Of a stretch of DNA of 64,000 nucleotides, positions 10,329-20,471 are shown piece by piece. Source of the stretch: Arcobacteraceae bacterium (GTDB lineage: Bacteria > Campylobacterota > Campylobacteria > Campylobacterales > Arcobacteraceae); NCBI GenBank assembly GCA_963662945.1, contig OY759974.1, positions 160,001 to 224,000 on the forward strand. Reading direction: 5' to 3'. The notes under the pieces are model-generated. The model searched no databases and was not told where the DNA came from. It worked only from the letters and a program-made list of their open reading frames with translations. A program made the translations under genes and the position numbers. Positions within the stretch are counted from its first letter, which is position 1. Every line of letters starts with the position of its first letter.

Positions 10329-10970
10329 CTATATTTGCAAACTTTTTATAGCAGCACTATAATCAGATGCTCCATATACATAACTTCCAGCAACTACTAT
10401 ATCTACACCTGCTTCTTTTAATTGTTGAATATTTTTATCATTTACTCCACCATCAACTTCTATTAGACAGTTTGGATTTCTTTTATTGATAAGCTCTTTT
10501 AATTTTGTAGCTTTTTCTATCACTGAAGGTATAAATTTTTGTCCACCAAACCCAGGATTTACTGACATTAAAAGTACCATATCTAAATCTTCTAGAAGAT
10601 ATTCTATAGCTTCAGGTGGAGTATGTGGATTTAAAGTTATTGCAGGTTTAATCCCATAATCTCTTATTTTTTGAATCAATCTATGTGGATGTTTTTCCTC
10701 TTCAATATGAAAAGAGATATACTCTGGCTTTAAAGGAGCAAATAAGTCTACAAAAAAACTATTATTTTCAACCATAAGATGAATATCAAGTGGTTTCGTT
10801 GCTACTTTTGCAACCGAGCTTACAACAACTGGTCCTATTGTTAAGTTTGGTACAAAATGTCCATCCATAACATCAACATGTATAAAATCACAACCACCAT
10901 CACAAATGGCAATTATCTCCTCATTTAATTTTCCAAAATCTGCACTTAATATACTTGGCGCTACTAACAT
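10329..10970 (-). CDS. rpe: ribulose-phosphate 3-epimerase
   Basis: APSILSADF, HVDVMDGHFVPNLT, MSVNPGFGGQKF, EVDGG. Confidence 0.97.
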   Translation of the reverse strand: MLVAPSILSADFGKLNEEIIAICDGGCDFIHVDVMDGHFVPNLTIGPVVVSSVAKVATKPLDIHLMVENNSFFVDLFAPLKPEYISFHIEEEKHPHRLIQKIRDYGIKPAITLNPHTPPEAIEYLLEDLDMVLLMSVNPGFGGQKFIPSVIEKATKLKELINKRNPNCLIEVDGGVNDKNIQQLKEAGVDIVVAGSYVYGASDYSAAIKSLQI

Positions 10971-11022
10971 ATACTATCCCTTTTTTTAATTATTGTGATT
11001 ATATCAAAATCTATCTTATTCT

Positions 11023-11562
11023 CTATTTTTCACCAAATTTTCTATAAAAATAAAAAACTACAATGAGAATCACTGCTACAAAAATCAATCCATAAGTTTT
11101 AAATTCTTCTAGATATGTATAAACAAGTTCTCCTAGCATATAAGCTGAAAGTCCTATAATAAGAGACCATACGACCGCAGCAAAAAAATTAAATATCATA
11201 AATTTTTTATAATCATATTTTGTTAATCCCATAGCAAGAGGAATAAGAGTTTTGATACCATAAATATATTTTTGTAAAAATATAACCCAAGTACCGTATT
11301 TACGCATCATTAGATGAGCCATAGCTATTTTTCTTTTATGTTTCTCCATCATTTGTTTTGCTTGATGTTTATTTTTTCTAGCAACAAGAAATAAAAATTG
11401 ATCACCAATAAAATTTGCACTTGCTGCTACTAATATTGTAATAACAATATTTAAGTCTCCACTATAAGATAAAATACCTGCAACAACAAGTGCTACAAAT
11501 CCTCCACCAAATGAATATAAAAAAAGTATAATATATCCCCAATCTCGTATAAGTTCTTCCAT
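11023..11562 (-). CDS. DedA-family membrane protein
   Basis: Hydrophobic protein with GDQFLF and KYIYGIKTLIP (DedA RFxPGxR-equivalent). Confidence 0.85.
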   Translation of the reverse strand: MEELIRDWGYIILFLYSFGGGFVALVVAGILSYSGDLNIVITILVAASANFIGDQFLFLVARKNKHQAKQMMEKHKRKIAMAHLMMRKYGTWVIFLQKYIYGIKTLIPLAMGLTKYDYKKFMIFNFFAAVVWSLIIGLSAYMLGELVYTYLEEFKTYGLIFVAVILIVVFYFYRKFGEK

Positions 11563-11705
11563 AATAATTTTATTTCCTAAATGTTTTTGGGGATTTTAAC
11601 CAAATAACTTTTAACTTGTTATTTAACTTTATAATTAAAGTTTTATAAAATTAAAATATATCTTAAGTATAATAGTACCCTATATTGAAAATGTTGGGAC
11701 ATTAA

Positions 11706-12266
11706 ATGAAATTTATTGTTATCTTATTGATCTATTTTGTCTATTCTATAGCAGATGAACATACTTTAGATTTTACAAATAGACACAAATATTTTATTAA
11801 AACTCACTATGGGTTAATGGCTTTACATAGATTTTACATCATTGAAGAAGAGATATTTAAGCTACAATATACTTCAAATAAATTACAGAAATTAAGGACT
11901 ATTAATAAACTTATTAATAAATTTCATTTCAAAGAAGATATCAAACATTGGAATCAAAATGATTATTGGGCTTCACTCATAGAATTAATAGGTACAGGTG
12001 CTGGAGATGGGGAAGATTTGGCAATGGCAAAATACTTTATATTGTCACATTTAGGATTTGCAAAAAATCAATTTAAATTTTTTATCAATAAAAAGAACAA
12101 TCAAATTGTCCTTGGCTATCAGCATAAAAAAGAAGGTAAATATGTTATTCTAAACCATAAAACTGACTCAATAAGTATTTTATATGATGATTTAGAATAC
12201 AGCCCATTAGAAATATCCGATGAATTTATAAATGAACAGTACAACAAAATGTTAATGATTAATTAG
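11706..12266 (+). CDS. BTLCP/LapG-like transglutaminase-fold protein, apparently catalytically dead
   Basis: Signal peptide; DIKHWNQNDYWASLIE...GAGDGEDLAMAKYF matches the BTLCP GDCEDYAIAKY motif but with Cys replaced by Gly. Confidence 0.8.
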   Translation: MKFIVILLIYFVYSIADEHTLDFTNRHKYFIKTHYGLMALHRFYIIEEEIFKLQYTSNKLQKLRTINKLINKFHFKEDIKHWNQNDYWASLIELIGTGAGDGEDLAMAKYFILSHLGFAKNQFKFFINKKNNQIVLGYQHKKEGKYVILNHKTDSISILYDDLEYSPLEISDEFINEQYNKMLMIN

Positions 12267-12302
12267 CTATAATCACAAAAAATATAATCAAGGAATAAAA
12301 TT

Positions 12303-13490
12303 ATGATTTTTACAAAAGAAGAATTTAAAGCAAAAGTTGAAGAGATCCAATCACAATCATGGTATAAAAACCCTATTGGTTTTGGAATTGCCAGAGTTGA
12401 TAGAGGACAATTAAATAGTGAAAAAATACTACAAGCTACATATCCAGTTGTAAATTGGAATGAAAACTTTGGTAGTGCAGCTATATTTATGGATGCATTT
12501 AAAGCTTCTGGAGTTGAAATTGATACAACAAAAAGTGAAGTTGTACTTGATATAACAGATGATTTTATCGTAAACTGTATTGAATCTTTTAGACCATATT
12601 TACCAGAGGCTAAGGGTGAAGACCATAAAAATGTACAACTAATTTCTACACTTTCAGCACTACCAAGAGAATTAGGATTAACAGCTGATAACTTTAAAGT
12701 TGTTTTTATTTTTGAGGATACAAATCCTGCAAGCGTAGAATCTGCATATTTAAAACTATATGCACTTTCAACAGGAAAAGCTGAACTTAGAAAAATCAAC
12801 CTTAATGGTGCATTTGGTTTATTACACAATGTAGCTTGGTCAGATGGAAAACCAATTGAACTTGACTGGTTAAGAGCGAATGAACTTACATTAAAAGTAA
12901 CTGGTAAATACCCTGCAATTGATATGGTAGACAAATTCCCAAGATTTTTAAGTCATATTATTCCTGCTGATAACACAAGAATTCTTGATACATCAAAAGT
13001 AAGATTTGGTGCACAATTAGCTGCTGGAACTACAGTAATGCCTGGTGCTTCATATATCAACTTTAATGCAGGGACTTTAGGACCTGTTATGGTTGAGGGA
13101 AGAATATCTTCAAGTGCAATTGTTGGAAGTGGTAGTGATGTTGGTGGAGGCGCTTCAATCCTTGGAGTTCTTTCAGGAACAGATGGAAATCCTATCTCTA
13201 TAGGAGAAAATACACTTCTTGGTGCAAACTCAACTACTGGTATTCCTGTAGGTGATGGTTGTATTGTTGATGGTGGATTATCTGTATTTGCAGGAACAAA
13301 AGTAGCAATCAGTGATGAGCAAATTGCAAAAATTCAAGAAGTGAATCCAGAAGCTAAACTTACAAACCTTATGAAAGCTGCTGATTTAGCTGGGTTAAAT
13401 GGTCTTCACTTTAGACAAAATTCTCAAACAGGTCAATATATTGTTATGAGAAGTACAAGAGAAGTTAAACTGAATGACGAGTTACACTAA
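12303..13490 (+). CDS. dapD: tetrahydrodipicolinate N-succinyltransferase (Campylobacter/Helicobacter type)
   Basis: VDKFPR, YINFNAGTLG, VEGRISS, DVGGGASILG hexapeptide repeats, FRQNSQTG. Confidence 0.93.
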   Translation: MIFTKEEFKAKVEEIQSQSWYKNPIGFGIARVDRGQLNSEKILQATYPVVNWNENFGSAAIFMDAFKASGVEIDTTKSEVVLDITDDFIVNCIESFRPYLPEAKGEDHKNVQLISTLSALPRELGLTADNFKVVFIFEDTNPASVESAYLKLYALSTGKAELRKINLNGAFGLLHNVAWSDGKPIELDWLRANELTLKVTGKYPAIDMVDKFPRFLSHIIPADNTRILDTSKVRFGAQLAAGTTVMPGASYINFNAGTLGPVMVEGRISSSAIVGSGSDVGGGASILGVLSGTDGNPISIGENTLLGANSTTGIPVGDGCIVDGGLSVFAGTKVAISDEQIAKIQEVNPEAKLTNLMKAADLAGLNGLHFRQNSQTGQYIVMRSTREVKLNDELH

Positions 13491-14208
13491 AACTCTACAT
13501 CTATATCAACCACAAAATGGGTATTGCTACAACAGCGATACCCATTTTTTATATAATTTTATACAAATCAATCTAGCTCATTACAAAAATATTCAAGGGG
13601 AACTTTTGGATATTGGAAGTGGAAGTGGAATCTTAGGTTTATTAGTAGCTAGAAACTATCCAAAACTTCATCTCAATCAATGTGAACTCCAAAATAGTTT
13701 TCAATTTTTATCACAAAAAAATAGTGAAGTAAATAATATAAAAAATAGTATCTACAAAGAAAGTTTTATAGAATGTTCTTTTGATAAAGAGTTTGACTAT
13801 ATTGTTTCAAATCCTCCATTTTATCATAGTGATGTGATAAAAAGTGAAAATGAAAATCTCAAAATAGCGAGATATTGTGATAGTTTACCACTAGAGATAC
13901 TTATCTCAAAATCAACAAAACTCCTTAAACCACAAGGAAAGTTTTTCTTTTGTTATGATGCAAAACAACTCGATAATATAATGTTTATATCAAAACAAAA
14001 TAAACTCAATATAGAATCAATCCAATTTTTACATCCAAACTCAAAAAAAGAGGCAAGTTTAGTGATGGTAATGGGAAGAAAAAACTCAAAATCAAAACTC
14101 AAAATATTGCCACCACTTATCATGTTTGAAGATAATGGTGAATTTAAAGAAGAGATTAATAAAATATATCAAAACTGCAATACTTATAGTATAAAATGTG
14201 AGATATAA
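13474..14208 (+). CDS. SAM-dependent methyltransferase, tRNA1(Val) m6A37 (TrmN6/YfiC)-like
   Basis: LYQPQNGYCYNSD, LDIGSGSG, IVSNPPFY. Confidence 0.85.
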   Translation: MTSYTKTLHLYQPQNGYCYNSDTHFLYNFIQINLAHYKNIQGELLDIGSGSGILGLLVARNYPKLHLNQCELQNSFQFLSQKNSEVNNIKNSIYKESFIECSFDKEFDYIVSNPPFYHSDVIKSENENLKIARYCDSLPLEILISKSTKLLKPQGKFFFCYDAKQLDNIMFISKQNKLNIESIQFLHPNSKKEASLVMVMGRKNSKSKLKILPPLIMFEDNGEFKEEINKIYQNCNTYSIKCEI

Positions 14209-14255
14209 GTAAGATTTTTGTATAATAAAACCTAAAATTAATAAAAAGAATAGAA

Positions 14256-14627
14256 GTGACAGAGCATAAAGAATACCCTTATAAATTTGATGAAAATAAG
14301 TGTAGTAGTTGTGAGGGAAACTGCTGTATCGGTGAATCTGGATATATTTGGATAACAAAAGCAGAATGTGAAAAGCTTGCATCTCATCTTAATATTACAC
14401 TTGATGAATTAGGAATGAACTATCTATTAAAAGTGGGATATAAATACTCTATAAAAGAAAGACAAATATCTCCAAATAATTATGCCTGTGTATTTTTTGA
14501 TTTAGAAAAAAAACAATGTAGTGTCTACGAAGCAAGACCAAACCAATGCAAAACATTTCCTTTTTGGGAATATTTTAAAAATAATATAAATGAGGTAAAA
14601 AAAGAATGTCCAGCTATAGTAGATTAG
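14256..14627 (+). CDS. YkgJ-family cysteine-cluster protein
   Basis: CSSCEGNCC...CVFF...CSVYEARPNQCKTFPFW. Confidence 0.9.
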   Translation: MTEHKEYPYKFDENKCSSCEGNCCIGESGYIWITKAECEKLASHLNITLDELGMNYLLKVGYKYSIKERQISPNNYACVFFDLEKKQCSVYEARPNQCKTFPFWEYFKNNINEVKKECPAIVD

Positions 14628-15892
14628 TAGTATTACTTTTTATATTACTTCTAAGTTCCGTTGGTTGTGCAAATCAAAACAATATTACAAAAAGTAATCC
14701 TGAAGAAGATTTATACATTATGTTAGCACTTGATAGTGAAAAAAATTCTGACTATAAAAATAGTTTTAAATTTTATAAAAAACTTTTTGATCTTACAGAA
14801 AAAGAAGATTATCTTAAAAAAGCAATTGAATATAGTTTTAGAACTGAACAATTTGAACAAATGTATAAATTATCGCAAGTTGCTCTCAAAGAATTTCCAA
14901 AAAGTAAAGAATATTTTTGGCGTCAACTTATTCTTGCTTTATACTCTTTAGGTAAAACGCAAGATGCGATTGATGAAGCTAAAGAATTGATAAAAGAGTT
15001 TCAATCTTCTCAAAGTTATGAACTCCTTGCAAATATTTATTATACATCAAAAGAATATGCAAATTCTATAAAATATTATGAAAGTGCTTATGCTTTAAAT
15101 CAAAATCAAAAAACTCTTATACAACTTACAAATATACTCTATAGCTATCTCAATAAAAAAGATGTAGCCCTTGCGTATCTTGAAACATATTTACAAACAA
15201 AAGGTTGTAGCGCACAAGTTTGTAATAAACTTATGCTTATCTATCAAGAACAAGGGAATATTGATGGTATGATTTCTATTTTAAATAGAATGTATGTAAA
15301 ATACAAAGACAATCCAGAGTTAAATAAAACGACTCTTTTTATTCAAAATCTTATCATATCACTTTTAGAAAAAAAAGATATTAAAAAAGCTATTAAGTTC
15401 TTAGAAGAAACTGGTGTTGACCAATCAAAACTTATCAATCTATATTACCAAGATAAGCAACTTGCAAAAGCACTAAAACTTACAAAAGAACTTTACAAGA
15501 AAACAAGAAAACCTGATCTTTTAGGGAAAATTGCTATGTATAGATTTGAACTAGCACCTGATAAGAAAAAAGTTATGCCAAATGTTATAGCTAATTTTGA
15601 ATTAGCTCTTAGTAGTGGGATAAATAATGCAAGTTATCAAAACTATTATGGTTATTTATTGATTGATTTTGATATTGATATAGAAAAAGGACTTAATCTA
15701 GTAAAAGAAGCTTTAAAAACAGCACCAAACAATATTGCATATCTTGATTCACTTGCTTGGGGATATTATAAATTAAACAAATGTGAAGAAGCATACAAAG
15801 TTATGTCAAAAGTTGTAGTAGCAGCTGGAGTTAGTGACAAAGAGATTAAAAAGCATTGGGAAAAAATTAAAAAATGTGTAAAGGGAAAATAA
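14606..15892 (+). CDS. tetratricopeptide-repeat (lipo)protein
   Basis: Lipobox-like SVGC; TPR helices; C-terminal NYYGY...[12 protein letters not shown]. Confidence 0.8.
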   Translation: MSSYSRLVVLLFILLLSSVGCANQNNITKSNPEEDLYIMLALDSEKNSDYKNSFKFYKKLFDLTEKEDYLKKAIEYSFRTEQFEQMYKLSQVALKEFPKSKEYFWRQLILALYSLGKTQDAIDEAKELIKEFQSSQSYELLANIYYTSKEYANSIKYYESAYALNQNQKTLIQLTNILYSYLNKKDVALAYLETYLQTKGCSAQVCNKLMLIYQEQGNIDGMISILNRMYVKYKDNPELNKTTLFIQNLIISLLEKKDIKKAIKFLEETGVDQSKLINLYYQDKQLAKALKLTKELYKKTRKPDLLGKIAMYRFELAPDKKKVMPNVIANFELALSSGINNASYQNYYGYLLIDFDIDIEKGLNLVKEALKTAPNNIAYLDSLAWGYYKLNKCEEAYKVMSKVVVAAGVSDKEIKKHWEKIKKCVKGK

Positions 15893-15896
15893 TAAT

Positions 15897-16700
15897 ATGA
15901 TTTTAGATGATATCATCAAAAAAACAAAAGAAGATTTAAAAATAAGAAAAGAAAAATACAGTATGGATTGGTTAGGAAGAAGCCTAGCTTACAATCCATA
16001 CTCTCCAAGAGATGTAAAACCATATTTAACAGCTACTAAAGAAGAACCAATAAGAATCATTGCTGAAGTAAAAAAAGCAAGCCCAAGTAAAGGTATTATA
16101 AGAGAAGATTTTGATCCATTAGCAATAGCACAAGAATATAGTAAAAATGGTGCTAATGCAATATCAGTACTTACTGAACCACATTTCTTTAAAGGTGATT
16201 TAGAATATCTTACAGGGATAAGAAGATATGTAGATACTCCACTTTTAAGAAAAGATTTTATTGTTGATAAATATCAAATTGTAGAAGCTTTAGCTTATGG
16301 TGCTGATTTTATACTTCTTATAGCAAAAGCATTAACAAAAAAAGAGCTTCAGGAGCTTTATGATTATGCATTGCATCTTGGACTTGAAGTTCTTGTAGAG
16401 ATACATGATAAAGAGGATTTAAAGAAAGCTATGGCATGTGGTGCACATATCATTGGGATAAACCATAGAAACCTTGAAACTTTTGAAATGGATATGAATC
16501 TTTGTCACGAACTTATTCCTATGATACCAAATGGAAAAATCATAGTTGCAGAAAGTGGTGTAAGTGACCAAGCAATTATCAAAGAACTTAGTGAAGCTGG
16601 TGCTGATGCATTTTTAATAGGTGAACACTTTATGAGACAAAATGATATAGGTGCAGAGGTACGAAAGCTAAAAAATAGTCCAACAAATCTTTTTAATTAA
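15897..16700 (+). CDS. trpC: indole-3-glycerol phosphate synthase
   Basis: [42 protein letters not shown]. Confidence 0.97.
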   Translation: MILDDIIKKTKEDLKIRKEKYSMDWLGRSLAYNPYSPRDVKPYLTATKEEPIRIIAEVKKASPSKGIIREDFDPLAIAQEYSKNGANAISVLTEPHFFKGDLEYLTGIRRYVDTPLLRKDFIVDKYQIVEALAYGADFILLIAKALTKKELQELYDYALHLGLEVLVEIHDKEDLKKAMACGAHIIGINHRNLETFEMDMNLCHELIPMIPNGKIIVAESGVSDQAIIKELSEAGADAFLIGEHFMRQNDIGAEVRKLKNSPTNLFN

Positions 16701-16707
16701 CTAGTCA

Positions 16708-17679
16708 ATGGAAGATTTTAAAATACAAATTAAAAAGAGATTTTCTCAAGAAATTGATAATCTTGATTTCTCTTTAGATATTGATAGTTTAGAGATACGA
16801 TATAACACTATTGTTGAAGAGATTTTTGAAAAGATTAAAATCAAAAAAGAAAACTATTCTATTCCTATTTCAAAAACTTCAAATAACAATATCTGTTGCA
16901 GTAGTGAATTTGATATGGACTCTGGTAAATCTTTTGAAACACTTATTAATTCAAATACAAAAATAAGCTTTGAAAAAACGCCATTAAATGAATCACGAAG
17001 CATACCAAATAATTTTTCTCTTTCTTATGAAATGAAACAATTTGCTAAGTCAAAATTTATACAAAATGTTGAAGAAACTTTTGAGAATTTCAAACTGTAC
17101 TATCAGAGCAAAGGTACTATAAATAGTGACTGGGAAGCTGTTTGGAAACGATGGGTACTGAACCAAAACAAATATAAAAATCATCTTATCAAAACAACTA
17201 TCGATGAGAACCTTGAATTAAAAAATAATTTTTTAAAAATAGCACAAAACTATCTTGCTAAAAAAGATATAGAACTTGAATTTATAAAATTTAAAAATCA
17301 TTATATCTCTAATGGTGATTTAAAAGCATCTTGGGAAAAAGTGTGGGAAAATTGGTGCATCAATCATAAACAATTTAAACCAAAAGAACAGTCACAAAAA
17401 TCAAAAGAGAAGCAAGATTATAAATGGGACTTCAGAAAAGCAAAAGATGTAAGTGATAGAATCAAAGATTGGCTAGAGTTTGAAAAAGGGATAAATTGGC
17501 TTGATGATTACTATTGGAAAGGTAGAACAATACCAGGTATTGGTTGGCAAAAAGTGATGCATCCAGATTTTAACAAAGAGGAGATACTTCTATTTAAAAT
17601 AGATAGTGTTGATGGAAATTATATGTTACAATATCAAAGTGATGAGATAATAGATGCAGAGGTATTAGAAAATGACTAA
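16708..17679 (+). CDS. protein with two tandem DnaT-like / phage replication-initiator C-terminal domains
   Basis: Internal repeats FENFKLYYQSKG...DWEAVWKRW (aa ~97-152) and FIKFKNHYISNG...SWEKVWENW (aa ~163-219). Confidence 0.6.
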   Translation: MEDFKIQIKKRFSQEIDNLDFSLDIDSLEIRYNTIVEEIFEKIKIKKENYSIPISKTSNNNICCSSEFDMDSGKSFETLINSNTKISFEKTPLNESRSIPNNFSLSYEMKQFAKSKFIQNVEETFENFKLYYQSKGTINSDWEAVWKRWVLNQNKYKNHLIKTTIDENLELKNNFLKIAQNYLAKKDIELEFIKFKNHYISNGDLKASWEKVWENWCINHKQFKPKEQSQKSKEKQDYKWDFRKAKDVSDRIKDWLEFEKGINWLDDYYWKGRTIPGIGWQKVMHPDFNKEEILLFKIDSVDGNYMLQYQSDEIIDAEVLEND

Positions 17680-18244
17680 AAAACAACAAGAGTTTTATAG
17701 AATACTTATAAACCAAATGATGGATTTCAACGAAGACTTCCACAAAGAGTTCACAATCAATAGAATTGAACAAATATCTGATGATAATCTCAAATACCTT
17801 CTTGAAGATATTAATACGGACAAAGACAATATAGTAAAGAAAAAAGGGTATATCACTTACGCTAAGTTTATCTACTATGCAGATAAAATGATAGATAAAA
17901 AAATCGAACTTAGTATGAAGCCACAAACTTCAAAGGTAGATGAACTCTATAATAAAAGAGAACTTCTTATAAATACCATACAAAATCAAACAAAATCTTT
18001 GCAAGAACGAAATGAGCTTATAGAAAATCTTAAAAACAGAGTTGTAATGTTTAAAAAAGAAGATGGAAAAAATATCTTAGATGAGATTGACTACTTTATC
18101 ATTGAACAGTTTGGATTTTATAACTTTTTTGATGAAAATAAAAACTATATGATAAAAGAGGAGATAGAAAACTATCTAAAACTCTACACTACAAATCAAA
18201 TGCTACTCAAAGAGAGCGATACAAAAAAACTTATCAATAATTAA
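17672..18244 (+). CDS. hypothetical helical protein, translationally coupled to the DnaT-like gene
   Basis: 190-aa ORF overlapping the upstream gene by 8 bp; no recognised motif. Confidence 0.7.
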   Translation: MTKKQQEFYRILINQMMDFNEDFHKEFTINRIEQISDDNLKYLLEDINTDKDNIVKKKGYITYAKFIYYADKMIDKKIELSMKPQTSKVDELYNKRELLINTIQNQTKSLQERNELIENLKNRVVMFKKEDGKNILDEIDYFIIEQFGFYNFFDENKNYMIKEEIENYLKLYTTNQMLLKESDTKKLINN

Positions 18245-18253
18245 AGATATCCC

Positions 18254-18262
18254 TGCTATAAT
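18254..18262 (+). promoter_or_regulatory. extended -10 promoter of tRNA-Leu
   Basis: TGCTATAAT ending 14 nt before the tRNA 5' end. Confidence 0.7.
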
Positions 18263-18276
18263 TCCAACTCAAAAGT

Positions 18277-18361
18277 GCCGCTGTGGTGGAATGGTAGACA
18301 CGCTAGATTCAAAATCTGGTAAGCTATGCTTGTACCGGTTCAAGTCCGGTCAGCGGTACCA
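18277..18361 (+). tRNA. tRNA-Leu (anticodon CAA)
   Basis: Acceptor stem GCCGCTG/CAGCGGT plus ACCA; D-arm TGGTGGAATGGTAGACA; anticodon arm CTAGA-TTCAAAA-TCTGG; long variable arm; T-arm ACCGGTTCAAGTCCGGT. Confidence 0.97.
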
Positions 18362-18363
18362 CT
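18346..18363 (+). repeat. attL core, 18-bp direct repeat CCGGTCAGCGGTACCACT
   Basis: Identical copy at 27065-27082; comprises the tRNA 3' end. Confidence 0.95.
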
Positions 18364-18475
18364 GACCTATATTTAATACAAATACATAAAACTATATAAA
18401 TATCCATAAATACTAGCCCTATTCTTAATATTGTTCTATAAAAATATATAAAGTTTAATTTAGATACCATTCTTG

Positions 18476-18523
18476 TAATACCTTTTTTGTTACCTTTTAT
18501 ATAAATTTGGTGTTACCTTTTTT
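18476..18523 (+). repeat. putative integrase arm-type sites (TGTTACCTTTT) at the left end
   Basis: Copies at 18488 and 18511, a degenerate copy at 18476; matching copies at the right end (27000, inverted 26974). Confidence 0.7.
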
Positions 18524-18532
18524 GGAGCGTGT

Positions 18533-19678
18533 ATGAAAGATAAGCTTATATCAACAAAATATGAGGGTGTTTACTACAAAGAGTTAAATAAACTTTTCAA
18601 TGGTAAGCCTGACCTATCCTACTATATTATGTATAGAAGTGGTGGAAAACAGATAAAAAAATCTGTTGGTAAAAAATCTATGAAAATGACTACTGCTAAA
18701 GCTTATCAAAAAAGGCAAGATGTCATATACGAAATAAAACACGGTATAAATGAACATAATTCAAAAGATAAAACATTTATAGAACTCCTAGATAAATGGT
18801 ATGAAGATAAAAAAACTAATTTAAAATCTATACATGAAGATTATAATAGACTAAAAAAACATGCAACAATCATACTCAATAAACATATAAGCAATATCAA
18901 ATCATCAGATATAAAAACAATATATGATCATATGATAGATAATGGACTTAGTGAACAAACATTTAAAAGAGTTTTTTCTATGTATAAAAGAGTTATGAGC
19001 CACAGCCTAGCCCATGAATACATTAAACAAGTTCCAAATGTTGTATTTAATAAATCTATCAAAGATAATAAAGTAACAGAGATATACACAGATGATATGA
19101 TAAAAAACTACATAGAAGTGATACAAAACTATCCTGATACAACTATAGCTAAAATAATCATGCTTATACTCAATACAGGTATGAGAAGAAGTGAACCACC
19201 CAAATTAAAATGGTTCAATTATAGCTATGAAAATAGTACTGTTATTATAGAAGATGCAAAAAGTGGTCAAAATGAAACTTATTATCTATCAAATAAAGCA
19301 AAAGAGATTATAGAATCACAAAGAGGATTTACACGATCGTATATATTTGAAGATTATCATAGAAATCCTATCAAAGTAGGAAAAATATCTTATCATGCTT
19401 CAAGGATGAAGCTTATGGCGGGATTACCTGACCATTTTAGACCATTACACAGTCTAAGACATAGATTTGGTACAGAACTAGCAAAAAGCGGTCTTAATGC
19501 CTTTAAAATACAAAAAATGATGACACATAAGGATATTAAAACTACTCAAAGATATATAGACTTAGCAGATAAAGATATCTTAGATGATTTAAACAATGTG
19601 GAGCAGAACTCAAATATTGGGAATATTAACACTAATATAGAATCTAAAATGATAAGAGTAGATATCCATAATAATTAG
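18533..19678 (+). CDS. tyrosine integrase
   Basis: TGMRRSE (R), AKSG (K), HSLRH, MTHKD, TQRY; arm-binding-like N-terminus; adjacent to attL. Confidence 0.95.
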   Translation: MKDKLISTKYEGVYYKELNKLFNGKPDLSYYIMYRSGGKQIKKSVGKKSMKMTTAKAYQKRQDVIYEIKHGINEHNSKDKTFIELLDKWYEDKKTNLKSIHEDYNRLKKHATIILNKHISNIKSSDIKTIYDHMIDNGLSEQTFKRVFSMYKRVMSHSLAHEYIKQVPNVVFNKSIKDNKVTEIYTDDMIKNYIEVIQNYPDTTIAKIIMLILNTGMRRSEPPKLKWFNYSYENSTVIIEDAKSGQNETYYLSNKAKEIIESQRGFTRSYIFEDYHRNPIKVGKISYHASRMKLMAGLPDHFRPLHSLRHRFGTELAKSGLNAFKIQKMMTHKDIKTTQRYIDLADKDILDDLNNVEQNSNIGNINTNIESKMIRVDIHNN

Positions 19679-19704
19679 CTATGCAAGTACTTAAAATATA
19701 TAAA

Positions 19705-19733
19705 TTGTCAAAAATTATAAAATATGCTATAAT
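19705..19733 (+). promoter_or_regulatory. sigma70 promoter of the island TA operon
   Basis: TTGTCA, 17-bp spacer, TATAAT with TGn extension; AAAGGA RBS before ATG 19759. Confidence 0.75.
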
Positions 19734-19758
19734 CACTAAATAAAATGAAAGGATTAAT

Positions 19759-20178
19759 ATGTCTATAGCAATACAAAACAATATGATATTTGCACCAATG
19801 ATGATTAAAGATGTATTAACAGCGTTAAAGGATAAAGCTGTAGATATTAAAGATAAAACTATTTTTAATAGCATGTATAAGATACTAGATATTGCTAGAG
19901 CTGATACTGCTAATGATGCAAAAGAGATTAATAATGATTTAGAAAATATATCAATAGAAGATATAGCAACAATCGAATTTACTCAAGCATTTGAAACATT
20001 AGAATATCTCAAAGATAACTTAATGTCATTAGAAGAACTTTATGCAAATAGTGATAATGCTTATGAAATACAACTTTATGAGATTGTAGATGAAACATTA
20101 GATAATGTTTGGCAAATTATCAATGCTTTTATGTACTTAAACTCGAAACTAGCAAAATACAAACTACAAGCTTCTTAA
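19759..20178 (+). CDS. putative antitoxin (acidic, helical, family not recognised)
   Basis: Upstream of a RelE-like toxin with TAATG stop/start coupling at 20176-20180. Confidence 0.65.
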   Translation: MSIAIQNNMIFAPMMIKDVLTALKDKAVDIKDKTIFNSMYKILDIARADTANDAKEINNDLENISIEDIATIEFTQAFETLEYLKDNLMSLEELYANSDNAYEIQLYEIVDETLDNVWQIINAFMYLNSKLAKYKLQAS

Positions 20179-20471
20179 TGAATATTATATTTGACAGTAA
20201 CTTTTCAAGAACAGCAAATAAATTAATTAAAAAAAGTGATTTAACACAAGAAGCTGTTGATAAAACTATAGAACAATTTAAAGACAATCCTAATTATCCA
20301 TCGCTAGAATTTAAACACATTACTTGTAAAAGAGATAAAAATAAATATTCTCTAAGAATAAATAAAAATTATCGTATTTTAGCTCATAAAATGGATGAGG
20401 AAAACATACTATTTGAATATGTACTAAATCACAAAGATTATGATAGAGCAGTGAAGCCACAAAACTGTTAA
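20178..20471 (+). CDS. RelE/ParE-superfamily toxin
   Basis: MNIIFDSNF...FKDNPNYPSLEFKHI...YSLRINKNYRIL...HKDY; true start ATG 20178. Confidence 0.8.
   Translation: MNIIFDSNFSRTANKLIKKSDLTQEAVDKTIEQFKDNPNYPSLEFKHITCKRDKNKYSLRINKNYRILAHKMDEENILFEYVLNHKDYDRAVKPQNC

Noticed and set aside
12263-12934. 223-aa minus-strand ORF
   Set aside because: Antisense shadow of the well-conserved dapD gene
20109-20177. ORF-track N-terminal extension of the island toxin
   Set aside because: Overlaps the antitoxin; TAATG coupling indicates the start is at 20178
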